Positions 31,284 through 43,650 of a DNA stretch of 64,000 bases are shown in pieces. The stretch is from Alphaproteobacteria bacterium (lineage in GTDB: Bacteria; Pseudomonadota; Alphaproteobacteria; MPNO01; UBA830), in NCBI GenBank assembly GCA_964291215.2, contig OZ219790.1:1504001-1568000 (forward strand), read 5' to 3'. The notes below the pieces were generated by a model. It was not told where the DNA came from. It searched no databases and worked only from the letters and a program-made list of their open reading frames with translations. Position numbers and translations under genes: made by a program. How positions within the stretch are numbered: the first letter of the stretch is position 1; each line of letters opens with the position of its first letter.

Positions 31284-33648
31284 TCACGCCGCGCCGTCCG
31301 CGCGCCGCGCGAGGGCGGCGGCGATGTCGCCCCAACGGACGGGCGTTGCGTTGATCTCGAGACCGTACGGGCCAAGCGCGTCGCATACCGCGTTGGCGAT
31401 GACAACGGGCGGCGCGATGGCGCCGCCCTCGCCGAGCCCCTTGACGCCGAGCGCGTTGAGCGGCGACGGCGTCTCGTAGTGGACGACCGTGATCGGCGGC
31501 ACGTCCGAGGCGGTCGGCAGCAGATAGTCGGCAAAACTCCCGGTCAGCAGCTGGCCGGCATCGTCATAGGCGAGTTCTTCCAGCAGCGCCCCCCCGAGCC
31601 CCTGCACGAGGCCGCCCTTGACCTGGCCGTCGGCGATCCCCGGGTTGACCAGCACGCCCGCGTCATGGACCTCGACATAGCGTTCGACGTCAACGCGGCC
31701 GGTCTCCGGGTCGACCTCGATGATCGCGGCATTCGCCGCGTAGGCCCAGGTGACCGTCGGCGGCTCGTAGTAGTGCGCCGCCTCAAGTCCGGCCTCGACG
31801 CCGCCGGGCCGCCTGTTGTCCCAACCCGGGCGGGCAGCGCGCGAGAGCTCCCGGTAGTCCACGTGCAGGTTCGGAACGCCGCGGACGCCGACGCCGCCGT
31901 CGCGAATCTCAAGATCGCTCTCGGCCGCCTCCAGAAGTTCGGCGGCGACCGCAAACAGCTTCTGCCTGACCGTCTCGCTCGCTCCGAGAATCGCGCCTGA
32001 CGCGGTCACGGTGCTGCGGCTCGCGATCGTCCCGTAGCCCATCGTCACCTGCGCGGTATCGGCAACGGTGACGTAGACGTCGTCGATCGGCACCTTCCAG
32101 ATGTCGGCCGCAACCTGGGCGAAGACAGTTTCGTGTCCCTGGCCCTGCGGGCAGGCGCCGGTGGCAACCATGATCCTGCCGGTCGGATCAATCTTGACGG
32201 TGGCACCCTCGAAGGGGCCGACGCCGGTACCCTCGGTGTAGCAGCCGAGGCCGAGCCCGATATAGCGACCCTCGGCGCGCGCCGCCAGCTGGCGTTCGCG
32301 GAACGCCGTGAGCCCGCCGATTTCGTCGAGCGCCCGTTCGAGCGCCTTCGGATAGTCGCCGCTGTCATAGACGATCGGCGCGCCGTCGCGGTAGGCGAGC
32401 CCGACCTCGTAGGGCATGCGCTCTGCGGGGATCATGTTGCGGAACCGCACCTCGGCCGGTTCGAGCCCGAGCGCGCCGGCGACGAGATCGACCACGCGCT
32501 CCATGGCGAAGACGACCTCCGGCCGCCCGGCGCCGCGATAAGGCGCGTTGGCGGTGCGGTTGGTCAGCACCACCTTGCATCGCGCCTCGTAGTGCTTGAT
32601 GTCGTAGGGGCCGAGCATGTGGGCAATCGAGTTGCCGGCGATGCCCGCGCCGACGGGGGTGTAGGCGCCCGAATCGACCACGAAGTCGCTGGAAACCGCG
32701 ACGATCCGCCCGTCGTGGTTGAAGCCGACCTCGACATCGTAGACGTTGTCCCGCGAATGGGCAGCGTTGAGGATGTGCTCGTGCCGGTCCTCGACCCATT
32801 TCACGGGGCGGCCAAGACGGCGAGCGAACCAGGCGACGAGAATGTCCTCCGGATAGACGTGGCCCTTGCCGCCGAACCCGCCGCCGACATCGGGAGCAAT
32901 GCAGCGCACGCGCTCCTCGGGCATGCCGAGCGCCGCCGCGACTTCGCGGCGCACCCAGTGAACGACCTGGGTCGACGACCAGACCGTGACCGTATCGGTG
33001 CGCCGGTCATGATCGGCGACCACGCCGCGGCACTCGAGCGGCATCGCGGCGTAGCGATGATGGACGAAGCGCCGGCGCAGGCGGTGCGGTGCGGCAGCAA
33101 GCGCGGCGGCGCCGTCGCCCTTCCGGGCATGGAGCGAGGCGGCCACGTTGCGGCCGAGATGCTCGTGCACCAGCGGCGCGACGCCGGCAAGCGCGGCCGC
33201 GGCGTCGGCGACCGCGGGCAGCGGGTCGAACACGGCCGCGATCCGCTCCACCGCGTCCTCGGCGACATAGCGGTCCCCGGCGACGACGGCGGCGTAGGCC
33301 TCGCCGACATGGCGGACCTTGTCGCGGGGGATCAACTGCTGTTCGGGGATCACGATGTCGGTGTCGACGCGCTCGCGCCAGCCCTTCGGCGTCACCACCT
33401 GCATGCCGTCGATCGGCGGCAGCACGCCGTGCAGTTCGGCTCCCGACACGGCAAGGGCGACGCCGTCGACGGCGCGTGCGACGTCGAGGTCGACCGAGAC
33501 GATGCGCGCGTGCGCCAGGGAACTGCGCGCAAAGGCGGCGTGAAGCATCCCCGGAAGCCGGATGTCGGCGACGAACTCGCCCTCGCCGGCCAGCAGCCGC
33601 CGGTCCTCGCGGCGCGGCACCGGCTGTCCGACATAGCCGGGAAGCGCG

Positions 33649-33656
<8 letters not shown>
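31284..33656 (-). CDS. Molybdopterin large subunit, CoxL form II-like / xanthine dehydrogenase family
   Basis: YVGQPVPRREDRRLL.G.G.FVAD, GGGFGGK, APYRGAGRPE, GQGHET, GVKGLGEGG. Confidence 0.94.
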
Positions 33657-34139
<483 letters not shown>

Positions 34140-34143
<4 letters not shown>

Positions 34144-35012
34144 CGGCCGGCCTCCGCCCTGGCGATCGCGGCGGCAAGGGCGCGCCGCGTCATCGCCGCA
34201 GTGAGGCGCCGCCTGTATTCGGCGCTGGCGTGAATGTCGGTTTCGGGCTCGACCTCGCCAGCAGCCGCGGCGGCCGCGGCCTCGACGGCATCCGCGCCCG
34301 TGCCGCTGCCGCGGATGGCGGCCTCAGCTCCGGCCAGGCGGCGGGCGGCGGAGCCAACACCGCAGGCGGCGAGGCGGATGTCGGCGACGGAATCGCCGGC
34401 AAGGGTGATCCGCGCCGCGACCCCGGCCAGCGCGAAATCGCCGCGCCGGCGGGCGATCTCGGCGAATGCCGAGCCGCTTGCCGGCGGCATTTCGGGAACC
34501 AGGATCTCGGTCAGGATCTCGTCGGCATCGAGGGCCGTCGAAAACACGTCGAGGAAAAAGTCCGCGGCTGCGATGCGGCGCTCGCCTCGCACGCTCCGCG
34601 CGACCATAGTGCAGCCAAGCGCGATGGCCGCGGCCGGATACTCCGCAGCCGGGTCGGCGTTGGCGAGACTGCCGCCGATCGTGCCGCGGCTCCGGATCGG
34701 GAGATGGGCGACATGGGTCGTCGCCTCGTGCAGGAGCGGCGCCCTGTGGCGCACGAGATCGCTGTTCTCGATCGTGCGCTGACGGGCCATGGCGCCGATC
34801 CGGTAGTGGCCGTCGGCAGCGGCGATGCCGTCGAGCCCGGCCACCCCGTTGAGGTCGATGAGGAGGCGCGGCCGCGCAAGGCGGAAATTCATCATCGGAA
34901 CCAGGCTCTGACCGCCGGCGAGAAGCTGCGCCTCGGAGCCGCCCGACGCCAGCATCTCGAGCGCGTCCTCAATGTCGGCCGGGACCATGTATTCAAAGGC
35001 GGCAGGTTTCAC
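34140..35012 (-). CDS. FAD-binding medium subunit (CoxM-like)
   Basis: GTG start KPAAFEY, LAGGQSLVPMMNFRLA, IRSRGTIGGSLANADPAAE, RRRGDFA, ASAEYRR. Confidence 0.93.
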
Positions 35013-35139
35013 GATATGGTGTTCTGTGTTTTGCGGGCATGCCGCTATAGGTGCACGGTCCGCGGTCGACGTCAATGGTCGGCGCCGTGAGGCCCGCCCG
35101 TGTCCGGGCGGCAGGACCAAATCCAGGGAGGATCAGAAC

Positions 35140-35670
35140 ATGAGCGTTGCGAGACATCCCAGGCCGGCCGAGCTTGAGGGCGTCGGAATCGCGAAGATCA
35201 TGGACCGGTATGTGGCGCGCTTCAGCGAGCGCAAGCCCGACTGGAACGCGTTCGAAGACGCGAAGATCGAGGGCTACAAGCGTGCCCAGCACCGCTTCAT
35301 CGGCGCCGGCGGTTCGGGCAAGCATGACGATCCGTCGGTCATCCCGGCGCGCGCCCACACGCTGAGCATCATGTATGTCGAGCCCGGTCAGGGCAACGCT
35401 GCGCACACCCATGAGGTCGAGGAGACGTTCTTCGTCCTCCAGGGCCTGCTCGATGTCTTCGTCGAGGAGGAGGACGGGAGCCGCATGACCACGCGTCTTA
35501 GCCGGTGGGACTGCATCAGCTGTCCGCCCGGGGTCATTCACGGCTACGACAACAACAGCCTTGAGCCGGTGTGGTTTCAGGTGATGCTGGGACGCGGGCG
35601 CCCCGAAACCATGGGCTATGCCGATTCCGAGCTGTTTCACCGCCGCGACGCCCACCTTCGCGAAGCGTGA
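35140..35670 (+). CDS. Cupin-domain protein
   Basis: RBS GGAGG; PGQGNAAHTHEVEETFFVLQG...CPPGVIHGY (H-x-H-x3-E...H metal site); divergent from coxMSL-like genes. Confidence 0.9.
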   Translation: MSVARHPRPAELEGVGIAKIMDRYVARFSERKPDWNAFEDAKIEGYKRAQHRFIGAGGSGKHDDPSVIPARAHTLSIMYVEPGQGNAAHTHEVEETFFVLQGLLDVFVEEEDGSRMTTRLSRWDCISCPPGVIHGYDNNSLEPVWFQVMLGRGRPETMGYADSELFHRRDAHLREA

Positions 35671-36266
35671 TCGGAGCGCACTGAGCGTCTTCCTGACCGT
35701 CTCTTCCGAAATGCGCTCGACGATCTCCACCAGACGGCCGGCAAGCAGCTTCAGCGTCCACAGCCCTCGGGCGGGGACGAACAGGGCGATCAGCTTCGCC
35801 TCCATCGCCCCCGTTTTGGCCGGCGGTTCACCTGCTCCTTGCGGCTGAGGGCGGCGTCCAGCCCCTCCAGGACGCAGCGCTTGCGCAAGCGCTCAATCGT
35901 CGCCGTGCCGATACCCAGCCCTTGCGCAATGTCGGCATCGACAAGCGCCCCCTCAGCATCAGGACCTGTGCCCGGCGCCAGGCGGCCCCGGTGCCGTCGA
36001 CGATCGCCTTCAGATCCTGGCGCTCCTGCGTTGAAAGGGTCACGCGGTAGAGCTTCCTGCCCCGAGAGTTGGCCATATGCGCCGCTCCTGTCATTGCGCC
36101 GAAGACCTGCGGGCATGCCCGTTGTCCGGATCTGCACATGGGGTTGCGGCTGCCTGCCTGTTCGGCATCTGCCCGTGTGGATATCGGCACTGTCCGGATT
36201 CCAACGAACGCCGACACGGAAATACTACCCACGAAAAACCATCAATACAATGCCGGTAGACTACTA
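35671..36266 (-). mobile_element. IS630-family remnant (N-terminal half only)
   Basis: KLYRVTLS.QER..L, RRAQ.L, DADIAQGLG...ATIERLRKRCVLEGL.AAL.RK, EAKLIAL, WTLKLLA, ISEETVRKTL; end in TA/CTAG context at 36264-36267. Confidence 0.82.
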
Positions 36267-36400
36267 GTTGCCGAGGAGCGGGACGGCGGCTTCTGCGCCA
36301 TCCAGTGCAAGTGTCATGCGCCGGGCACACGGATATCGGCGCGGGCTCTCGATTCCTTCATCGCCGCGTCTGCGCGTGAGCCGTTCACGGCGCGAAAAAT
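36267..36400 (+). pseudogene. Fragment of Mrr-like nuclease domain (Type ISP restriction-modification N-terminus-like)
   Basis: LVAEERDGGFCAIQCK...ISARALDSFIAAS..PF fits the (D)..AIQCK Mrr nuclease motif; cut by IS630. Confidence 0.6.
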
Positions 36401-36479
36401 TGCGATCAAGGGGCGATCTGTAGTGACGCGAGCCCCAACGCACTCGGATTTCGCGTCTCGGAATCAGCATGGGATCGTC

Positions 36480-36720
36480 GTGCAACGACCATTGAGCCGC
36501 CCGGCTTCTGTCCGCGTGAGGCTGACGCGTTCGGCACTCCTGCAAGTCCGGAAGGCGGACGAGGTTGACCCGATGCGCCGCGATCGTGCGCAGCATGCTG
36601 CGCCGGGCGCCTTCTTGCGCGCAGTGCACGAGGGAACTCAACCGGTCACCGAACGACGGCGCGGCGCGGTCCCGCTCTTTGACGGCAAGCGCCGCGCGGC
36701 CATGAACGCCGTGCCGGAGA
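36480..36720 (-). pseudogene. Possible MobC-like relaxosome protein remnant
   Basis: Across frames RAAL...RRIG.NL..L resembles MobC ELRRIGxNLNQ. Confidence 0.35.
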
Positions 36721-36747
36721 CCTGACGCACCACTACCGGGCGTTTTC

Positions 36748-37543
36748 CTACCAGCGGAGCGCACCGCGCAGCATGAGGCTGTCTTCGGGGCCCGGCCGGT
36801 GCGCGCCCTCGAGGCCGAGCGAGACCCCCGCGCCCATGCGGTAGCGCGCGCCGAGCCGCAGGGTGCGTGCGCCCGCCAGGCTCAAGCCGGCCCAGGGGGT
36901 GAGCACCGCCAGCGGCCCCGGACCGGCAAGGCCGAACCCGTGCCCCACCTCGGCCTCCAGACGGCTCTCTGCCGCGCCAGATGCGGCCGCCGGCAAGTCG
37001 AACAGCTGCCCGAGGCCGCTCTCCGTGCGCCCGTGCGCGGGACCGAAGGCGAGGAACGTCCCGCGCCCGTCGGCCCCGGGGTCGAGGCGCACCAGCGCGC
37101 TCACTCGTCGCGGTCCGCCTCATGCGCCGCCAGAAGCCGTGTACGCAGCTCCGCTGTCAGACCCGCCGCCGGGTCATGCCAGGTCACGCCCCGGCCTCGA
37201 GGCCCGCCCCTTCGGCAATGTCGCCGCCGTCATGGCGCACCCCCGCCTCCAGCGCCGGGGTCAGCGTCGCACCGCCCGCCAGCGCGTGCTCGTACGAGCC
37301 CTCCAGCAGCAGCCGCAGCCGCGTCGTCTTCGCCGTCAGGCCGTCATCGGACCCCGTGCGCAGGCGCGCCGCCGAACCCTCGCCCTTCACCGCAAGGCGC
37401 GTCATGCCGCCCCCGATGAGCTCCGCATCCTCGAGCAGGACGCTGCGCCCGCCCGCCGCCGCGCTCCAATGCGTCAGGCCGGCGCTGCGCGCCGCCGCGC
37501 CCTCCTCGGCAATCCGCACCTCGCCGGTCCCGTAGCCGAGGCT
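36748..37543 (-). pseudogene. C-terminal autotransporter-type beta-barrel of a large surface protein, truncated by IS
   Basis: TRLRLLLEGS, LTP.LEAGVRHDGGD...GAGLE, LRLGARY, LGLEG, C-terminal LMLRGALRW; frameshifted. Confidence 0.7.
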
Positions 37544-40262
37544 CAGATGTCCTGACTTCGGGAGTGTTGGCGATCAAGAAGTGTGAACCCTTGGTGGCCG
37601 TTCAGGTGGGCTTCTCGGGCAGTTCGTAGACCATGCGGAGTTCGGTTCCTGGAAAGAGTGTGCGGGTATCGTTGAGTTCCTGCAGCAGCCCTGCGATGGC
37701 GTCATCGCTGGCGTTGCATGCGGTTCCGAGGATGCGCACCCGGAGGATGCCCCGTTCGGGGTCGGGGAGGATGTCGGCGTCGGCCTGCAGGAGTGCGCGG
37801 AGGTGTCTTCGCGGTCGCTGTTTCTTGCCCTGCTCCCTGGCCACGGCCGCCATCATCCGGGTTTCGGCGCGGTAGGCAATCATGCGCAGGATGTCGAGCC
37901 AGTGCCGTTCCCGGGACGCCAGGGCATCGAGGGCTTGATCGTCTCTGAGATCCTTGACCCGGACATGCTTCGGGGTCTCCTTGCGTTCTTGTTGCAGGGC
38001 CTTGATCCTGGTTTCGAGTGTCTCCTTCTCGGCCTGCAGTTGTCCGACTTTCTGGAGGATTGCGTTGGAGGGTTCGGGCTTGCGTTCCAGTTCGGCGATC
38101 CAGTTGCGGAGCGTGCCGAGTGCCTGCGGCGCAGCTCGCGGTCCCTGTTGCGCCAGTCCGGGTTGATGCGTCCGGATCCTGGGGGACCAGACTGTGCACC
38201 GGCAGGGAGTCGAGGTGGAATTCTTCCCGAGCGTACTTGAAGAAGTTCTCCTGGGACCATCGCGAGAACAGGGCACTCGCGACCCGCGACAGGCGGAAGT
38301 CCGTGGTGATCAGGGCGATCTGGCGGCCGTCGCCGACGGCGGATCTGCCGGACCTCGGGACCGTCGTGCAGGCGGATGCGCTTCTCGGCCAGCCAGATGT
38401 CGCTCGTGCGGTCGCCTCCAGGGCCGTGAATCGGCACCGTCTCGAGGGAGAACTCCTCTTCCGGCCAGTCCTTGCCCTTGAAATTCTTGTGCCAGGTGAT
38501 CACCGCGATCCCGCGAGACGACGGAACAGGGCCGGACTCCAGCCCTCCCGGTCGAAGGTCAGGGCCGGCCATGTCGGCAGTGGTGAGGCATCCGGCCCTG
38601 CCACGCCCAACTCCTCCAGCGCCGGCAGAACATCCCGTTCCAGGGCGCGGGTCAGGGCGGGATCGAGGTTCTTGTGCAGGCACAGCAGCGGCCGGCCGCC
38701 AAGCGCATGGACCCAGTAGCTGACCGAAGCCGGCAGGCTTCTGACGAGACACGAAGTGCTTCGGCAGACGCCCCTTGCGGCCGGTATACACTTTCACGTG
38801 ACCGACAGCGTCGCGGTCGCCTCCGGGTCCTCCGCGCACCAGTCCCTCGCCAGAGCCACGCCGTGAGCCATCCGCCGCCAGTGCGCGAACCTTGCTCCGC
38901 AGCGTCTTGACCTCCGGACAGCGGTCCAGACCCAGGATGGCGCCCCATTCCCCCGGAGACTGGTAGCGCCTCCGCGTTCCGCACCCGGGCCAGCAGGAGA
39001 AAGGCCTGCAGCAACAGGATGCTCGTCACCCCGTAGTACCCCAACGACAGGAACGCGTGCTTCAGCAGCCCCTCCCGGAGAAGCGCCGGCAGCGCCGCGA
39101 GCACGCCGCCGTGCGCCACCGCCGACAGGGCCTCGGCAAACCGGGGCTGCGCCTCGGGCAACTTTCCGACTGCGGCCGCGACCCATCGGCGCCGAACGGT
39201 CCCGATCGTCGCGGGCGAGCGGACGCGGCGCCGGGGATCCCTCGGTGTCGCAGGCCGGCATGGACGCTTCTTGCGGCCCTTCTCCGATGCGTCGGACCCG
39301 GCAGTCGCGGCCTCCGGCCGCGACGATCGAACCCTTCCGGCAATGGTAGTTCAGGGTCGCGGCGTTCACGCCGAGTTCGCGGGCCGACACGCTCTTGCCC
39401 TCGGCCAGCAGACGGTCCGCTTCCTCGCGGATCTCCTGCGTGATCAGGCCACTCCCACCCGGACGGACACGCCGGAGCCTGCAACCGGTCCCGCGGAAGG
39501 CAGATGACCCTTCCGGCGGTGGGCCTGCAACATCTCCTTCGACATCCCCAGAGCACGGGCCACCGCCGCATCGCTCCTCCCCTCGGCCAGCAGACCGAGA
39601 GCCTTCTCCTTCGTCGCGGCCGAGAGCGCCGGGACCTCGCGGCACGGACGAAGTCCGCGAGCGGCAGCACCGTCCCCCGAACCCGCGGGCGCAAGATGGC
39701 CGCGCCGGCGGTTGTAGTTCAGCGTCTCCTTCGACAGCCCCAGTTCCCGCGCCACCGCCGCACCGCTCATCCCCTCGGTCAGCAGACGCGTCGCACGCTC
39801 CTTCATCTCCCCCGTGATCGCACTCACCCCGCGTACCGGACAGAACTGCAGGAAGCCGGCCTCGCCCTCATCGCGCAATCGGTTCACCGACCGCTGCAGG
39901 GTCGTGCGAGAGAGACCGAAGGCCATGTCCGCTCGGCGCACCCCGCTCTCGGCCAGGCGGGCCGCCCGCAGGAGCCGCGATCGTCCACATCGTGAAAGTC
40001 GTAGGGTTCGAGGTTCGAAAAATAGACCACCTGACCGCGTTCGTTCTCGGCGAACGAGAAGCAGGAATGTCCGATCGGAACCGCCTCGGGAGGGGACAGG
40101 GAAAGCGTGTACATGGGCCACCTGGAGCAAGAAAGCGGGGTTGCGTACCTTACTCGATAGCAGATTCACTTGTCAAGCCCGCCAAACCCTGAAAACCCTT
40201 GGTTTCCCTGTGGAAAAGGGCTCCGTCAGACCAAAGACGGCTTTCCGAAGTCAGGACGTCTG
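37544..40262 (-). mobile_element. Unclassified large IS-like element (putative transposase with tandem HTH repeats), degraded
   Basis: IRs CAGATGTCCTGACTTCGG / CCGAAGTCAGGACGTCTG; fragments GGVLAALPALL.EGL, GHVKVYTGRKGRLPKHFVSRQK, RW.QENFFKY, RMIAYRAET, LNDTRT.FPGT.LRMVYEL; flanks differ (no TSD). Confidence 0.82.
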
Positions 40263-40673
40263 AACATGGACAAGTGGATGATTCGCGTAGAAGCACCTGA
40301 TTCTGGCGGCTTGACGTGGGCACTCCTCCTCCGTGTGGCTTGTGGTGCTCCTTACCTCCCTTTACGCTCGTGAACGGGTGTCGGGCGGCGGGTCACGGGC
40401 TTTCCGTCGCGCTGCTCGTCGCCACGCCCGGTTGGAGCTTCTCCGGTCAGTCCGATTCGCTCCGAGACCGCGGACTGAACGGGGATAAGAATGGTCCTGT
40501 GGCCGGCCCGGGCTGGACCTCGAATGGCGTGCTGTCGGCCAGCCCATGCGAGATTGCCGCGAACCGCCCTGTCGGCTAGCATGCCAACGTGGCCGGAACA
40601 GGCCGTTTCATGGCGCGAAGAGCGGTTGGCGGGCGACTCGTTGACCGAAACCGGGACAAGGGGAGGTCGGCGC

Positions 40674-42104
40674 GTGGCCAACAAGGATTTGCGGAACTGG
40701 ATCGGCGAACTCGAGGCTGCGGGACAGCTTCATACGGTAACCGGCGCCGATCACGAGGAGGAAATCGGCGGCATCGTCGATATCGCAATGCGCAAGATGA
40801 CCAACCCGGCGGTGATGTTCGACGAGGTTCCGGGTCACGCAACGGGCCATCGCGTGCTTGCCAACATCCTCACCTCCGTGCCGCGGATCAATCTTGCCCT
40901 CGGGCTGCCCGCGGACTCTCCGGAAATCTCGCTGGTCCAGTTCTGGCGCGATTATATGCGCGACCAGCCGGTCCACACTCCGGTCGAGGTCAATGGCGGC
41001 CCGCTCGACGAAAACGTGTTCGAAGGCAACGACATCGACATCACCACGATTCCGACGCCCAAGTGGCACGAGCATGACGGCGGGTATTTCATCGGCACCG
41101 CCTGCATGGTCGTGATGAAGGATCCCGACACCGAATGGATCAACTACGGCGCCTACCGGGTCCAGGCCCACGACCGGAAGACGGCGTCGGTGATGGTATC
41201 CAAGGGCAAGCACGGCAATCTCATCATGAAAAAGTATTTCGAGCGCGGCGAGCCGTGCCCGATCGCCGTCGTCGCCGGCATGCATCCGGCGCTGTTCATG
41301 GTCGCCGGCCTCGAAATGCCGTACGGCAAGAACGAGTACGACTGCGCCGGCGGGCTGCTCGGCGAAGGCGTCGAGATCATCAACATGCCGAAGACCGGCC
41401 TGCCGGTGCCGGCCGCCGCGGAAATCGCGTTCGAGGGGTTCGTCCATGCCGACGATCTGGTCGACGAGGGGCCATTCGGCGAATGGACCGGATACTACGC
41501 GGGCGACATGCACCCGGAACCCGCCATCCGGATCGAGACCTTCATGCACCGCGACAACCCGATCCTGCTCGGCGCCATCCCCGCGGTGCCGCCCAACGAC
41601 GACACATTCTACCGCGGAACCTACAGGTGCGGCGCCGTGTGGAACCAGCTTGAGGCGGCCGGCATTCCGGAGGTCCGCGGCGTGTGGGCGCATGAGGCCG
41701 GCGGAAGCCGCATGTGGCTGACCGTGTCGATCAAGCAGATGTATGGCGGCCAATCGAAGCAGGCCGGATTGGTCGCCTCCCAGTGCCATGCCGGCGCCTA
41801 TGCCAACCGGTGGGTGGTCGTCGTCGATGACGACATCGATCCGTCGAACATGAACGACGTGATCTGGGCGATGTGCACGCGCTGCGACCCGAAGGACGGC
41901 ATCGACATCCTCAACAACTGCTGGAGCACCCATCTCGATCCGATGAGCTACAGCCACGACGACCGCCGCAACTCGCGCGCGGTGGTCGATGCCTGCCGCC
42001 CCTTCAACCGGCGGGACACCTTTCCGGTGGTGGCACGCAACAGTTCCGACCTCGATTCGCGGCTCCAGCAGAAGTTCGGGGACATTTTCGGGAACCAGCC
42101 ATAG
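40674..42104 (+). CDS. UbiD-family (prenylated-FMN) decarboxylase
   Basis: GTG start with RBS; DLR.WI..LE..G.L, PKWHEHDGGYFIGT, NYGAYR, EGPFGEWTGYY, VVVVDDDIDP. Confidence 0.93.
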   Translation: MANKDLRNWIGELEAAGQLHTVTGADHEEEIGGIVDIAMRKMTNPAVMFDEVPGHATGHRVLANILTSVPRINLALGLPADSPEISLVQFWRDYMRDQPVHTPVEVNGGPLDENVFEGNDIDITTIPTPKWHEHDGGYFIGTACMVVMKDPDTEWINYGAYRVQAHDRKTASVMVSKGKHGNLIMKKYFERGEPCPIAVVAGMHPALFMVAGLEMPYGKNEYDCAGGLLGEGVEIINMPKTGLPVPAAAEIAFEGFVHADDLVDEGPFGEWTGYYAGDMHPEPAIRIETFMHRDNPILLGAIPAVPPNDDTFYRGTYRCGAVWNQLEAAGIPEVRGVWAHEAGGSRMWLTVSIKQMYGGQSKQAGLVASQCHAGAYANRWVVVVDDDIDPSNMNDVIWAMCTRCDPKDGIDILNNCWSTHLDPMSYSHDDRRNSRAVVDACRPFNRRDTFPVVARNSSDLDSRLQQKFGDIFGNQP

Positions 42105-42290
42105 GCCCGGCCTGCGGTCCCGCATCGTCCTGATCGGCCGCGAAGGCAGACTTTCCGGAGACCGAACGCTGCGGCTCGCCACAGGCGCCGCCCCGGCCGG
42201 TACGGCCCGTGATCGGGCGCGAGCCCGTCTGGATCATCCGGGACCGGCTCGTTATATTGCGGGCACCGCGAAGCTGGAGGCAGGCATTTG

Positions 42291-43145
42291 ATGTTGCAAT
42301 ACGAGGCACCCCGGACGGTTGAGGCCGCGGTCGCGCTCCTCGGCTCCGCCGGGGCGAAGGCGCTGGCTGGCGGCACCGACGTGCTGGTGCTCCTTCATTC
42401 GGAACTCATCGAGCCGGACATCCTGGTCGACGTGAAGCGGATTCCGGAATTGCGCGAGATCGTCCACGAAGGCGGCGGCTGGCGCGTCGGCGCGGCCGCA
42501 CCCGGAATGACGATACTGGATCACGCGGGGTTCGCGAAGGCGTGGCCGGGCGTGGTCGAGGGCGTCGCCCTCATCGGGTCGATGCAGATCAAGGGACGCG
42601 CCACCATCGGCGGCAATCTGTGCAACGCGTCGCCGGCTGCCGACAGCGTGCCGCCGCTCATTGCCGCGGGCGCCAGAGCTGCCATTGCCGGGCCCGGCGG
42701 CACCCGCGAGGAACCGGTGGAGAACATTATCGTCGGTCCCGGCCGGACATCGCTCGCGAGCGGCGAGATCGTGACCTCGTTCCAGTTCCCGCCCCGCCCC
42801 GCCCATGCCGGCGACTGTTATCTGCGCCTGACGCCGCGGACGGAAATGGACATCGCCGTCGTCGGCGCCGCCGTGAATGTCGTGCTCGACGGCGACGGCG
42901 TCTGCACGGAGGCTCGGATCTCGCTCGGCGCGGTCGCCCCGACGCCGCTCCTGGTTGCCGAAGCCGGGGACCCGCTCGTCGGTACGCGGGTTGACGACGC
43001 GGCGCTCGAGGCGATGGTCGAAGCATGCCGCGCAGCCTGCGATCCCATCAGCGACAAGCGCGGCACCAGCGAATACCGAATCAGGACGGCCGGCGTGATG
43101 GCGCGCCGCGCTGCCCTCAAGGCACTTGAACGGGCACGGGCGTAG
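42291..43145 (+). CDS. FAD-binding subunit of Mo-hydroxylase
   Basis: LAGGTDV, IGSMQI.GRATIGGNLCNASPAAD, RTEMDIA, PISDKRGTSEYR. Confidence 0.93.
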   Translation: MLQYEAPRTVEAAVALLGSAGAKALAGGTDVLVLLHSELIEPDILVDVKRIPELREIVHEGGGWRVGAAAPGMTILDHAGFAKAWPGVVEGVALIGSMQIKGRATIGGNLCNASPAADSVPPLIAAGARAAIAGPGGTREEPVENIIVGPGRTSLASGEIVTSFQFPPRPAHAGDCYLRLTPRTEMDIAVVGAAVNVVLDGDGVCTEARISLGAVAPTPLLVAEAGDPLVGTRVDDAALEAMVEACRAACDPISDKRGTSEYRIRTAGVMARRAALKALERARA

Positions 43146-43167
43146 GGCCCGGCGGGAAAGGACGGAG

Positions 43168-43647
43168 ATGGCGAAGAAGACTTATGTCACGACGACCGTA
43201 AACGACGACAGTTACGAGTATCTATGCGAGCCCGGCCAGACTCTGGTCGATGTGCTCAGGAACGAGCTGGAACTCACGGGGACCAAGGAAGGCTGCTCGA
43301 CCGGCGATTGCGGCGCCTGCAGCGTGATCCTCGACGGCGAGCTCGTCTGCTCGTGCCTGGTGCTGGCGGTGGAGACCGACGGGCGCAACGTCGAGACCAT
43401 CGAGGGCATGGCTGACGGGAGCAAACTTCATCCCCTGCAGCGGAACTTCCTCGAGCTCAACGGCCTGCAATGCGGAATCTGCACGCCCGGCATACTCGTT
43501 GCCGCCAAGGCGCTGCTTGAGCGCAACCCCGATCCCACCGAGACCGAGACCCGCTACTGGCTGGCAGGAAACCTCTGCCGCTGCACCGGGTACGACAAGA
43601 TCGTCCGGTCGGTCCTCGCGACGGCCGAAGAGATGAGAGGAGCCTGA
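43168..43647 (+). CDS. 2Fe-2S subunit of Mo-hydroxylase
   Basis: GTKEGCSTGDCGACSV, QCGICTPG, GNLCRCTGY. Confidence 0.95.
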   Translation: MAKKTYVTTTVNDDSYEYLCEPGQTLVDVLRNELELTGTKEGCSTGDCGACSVILDGELVCSCLVLAVETDGRNVETIEGMADGSKLHPLQRNFLELNGLQCGICTPGILVAAKALLERNPDPTETETRYWLAGNLCRCTGYDKIVRSVLATAEEMRGA

Positions 43648-43650
43648 ATC

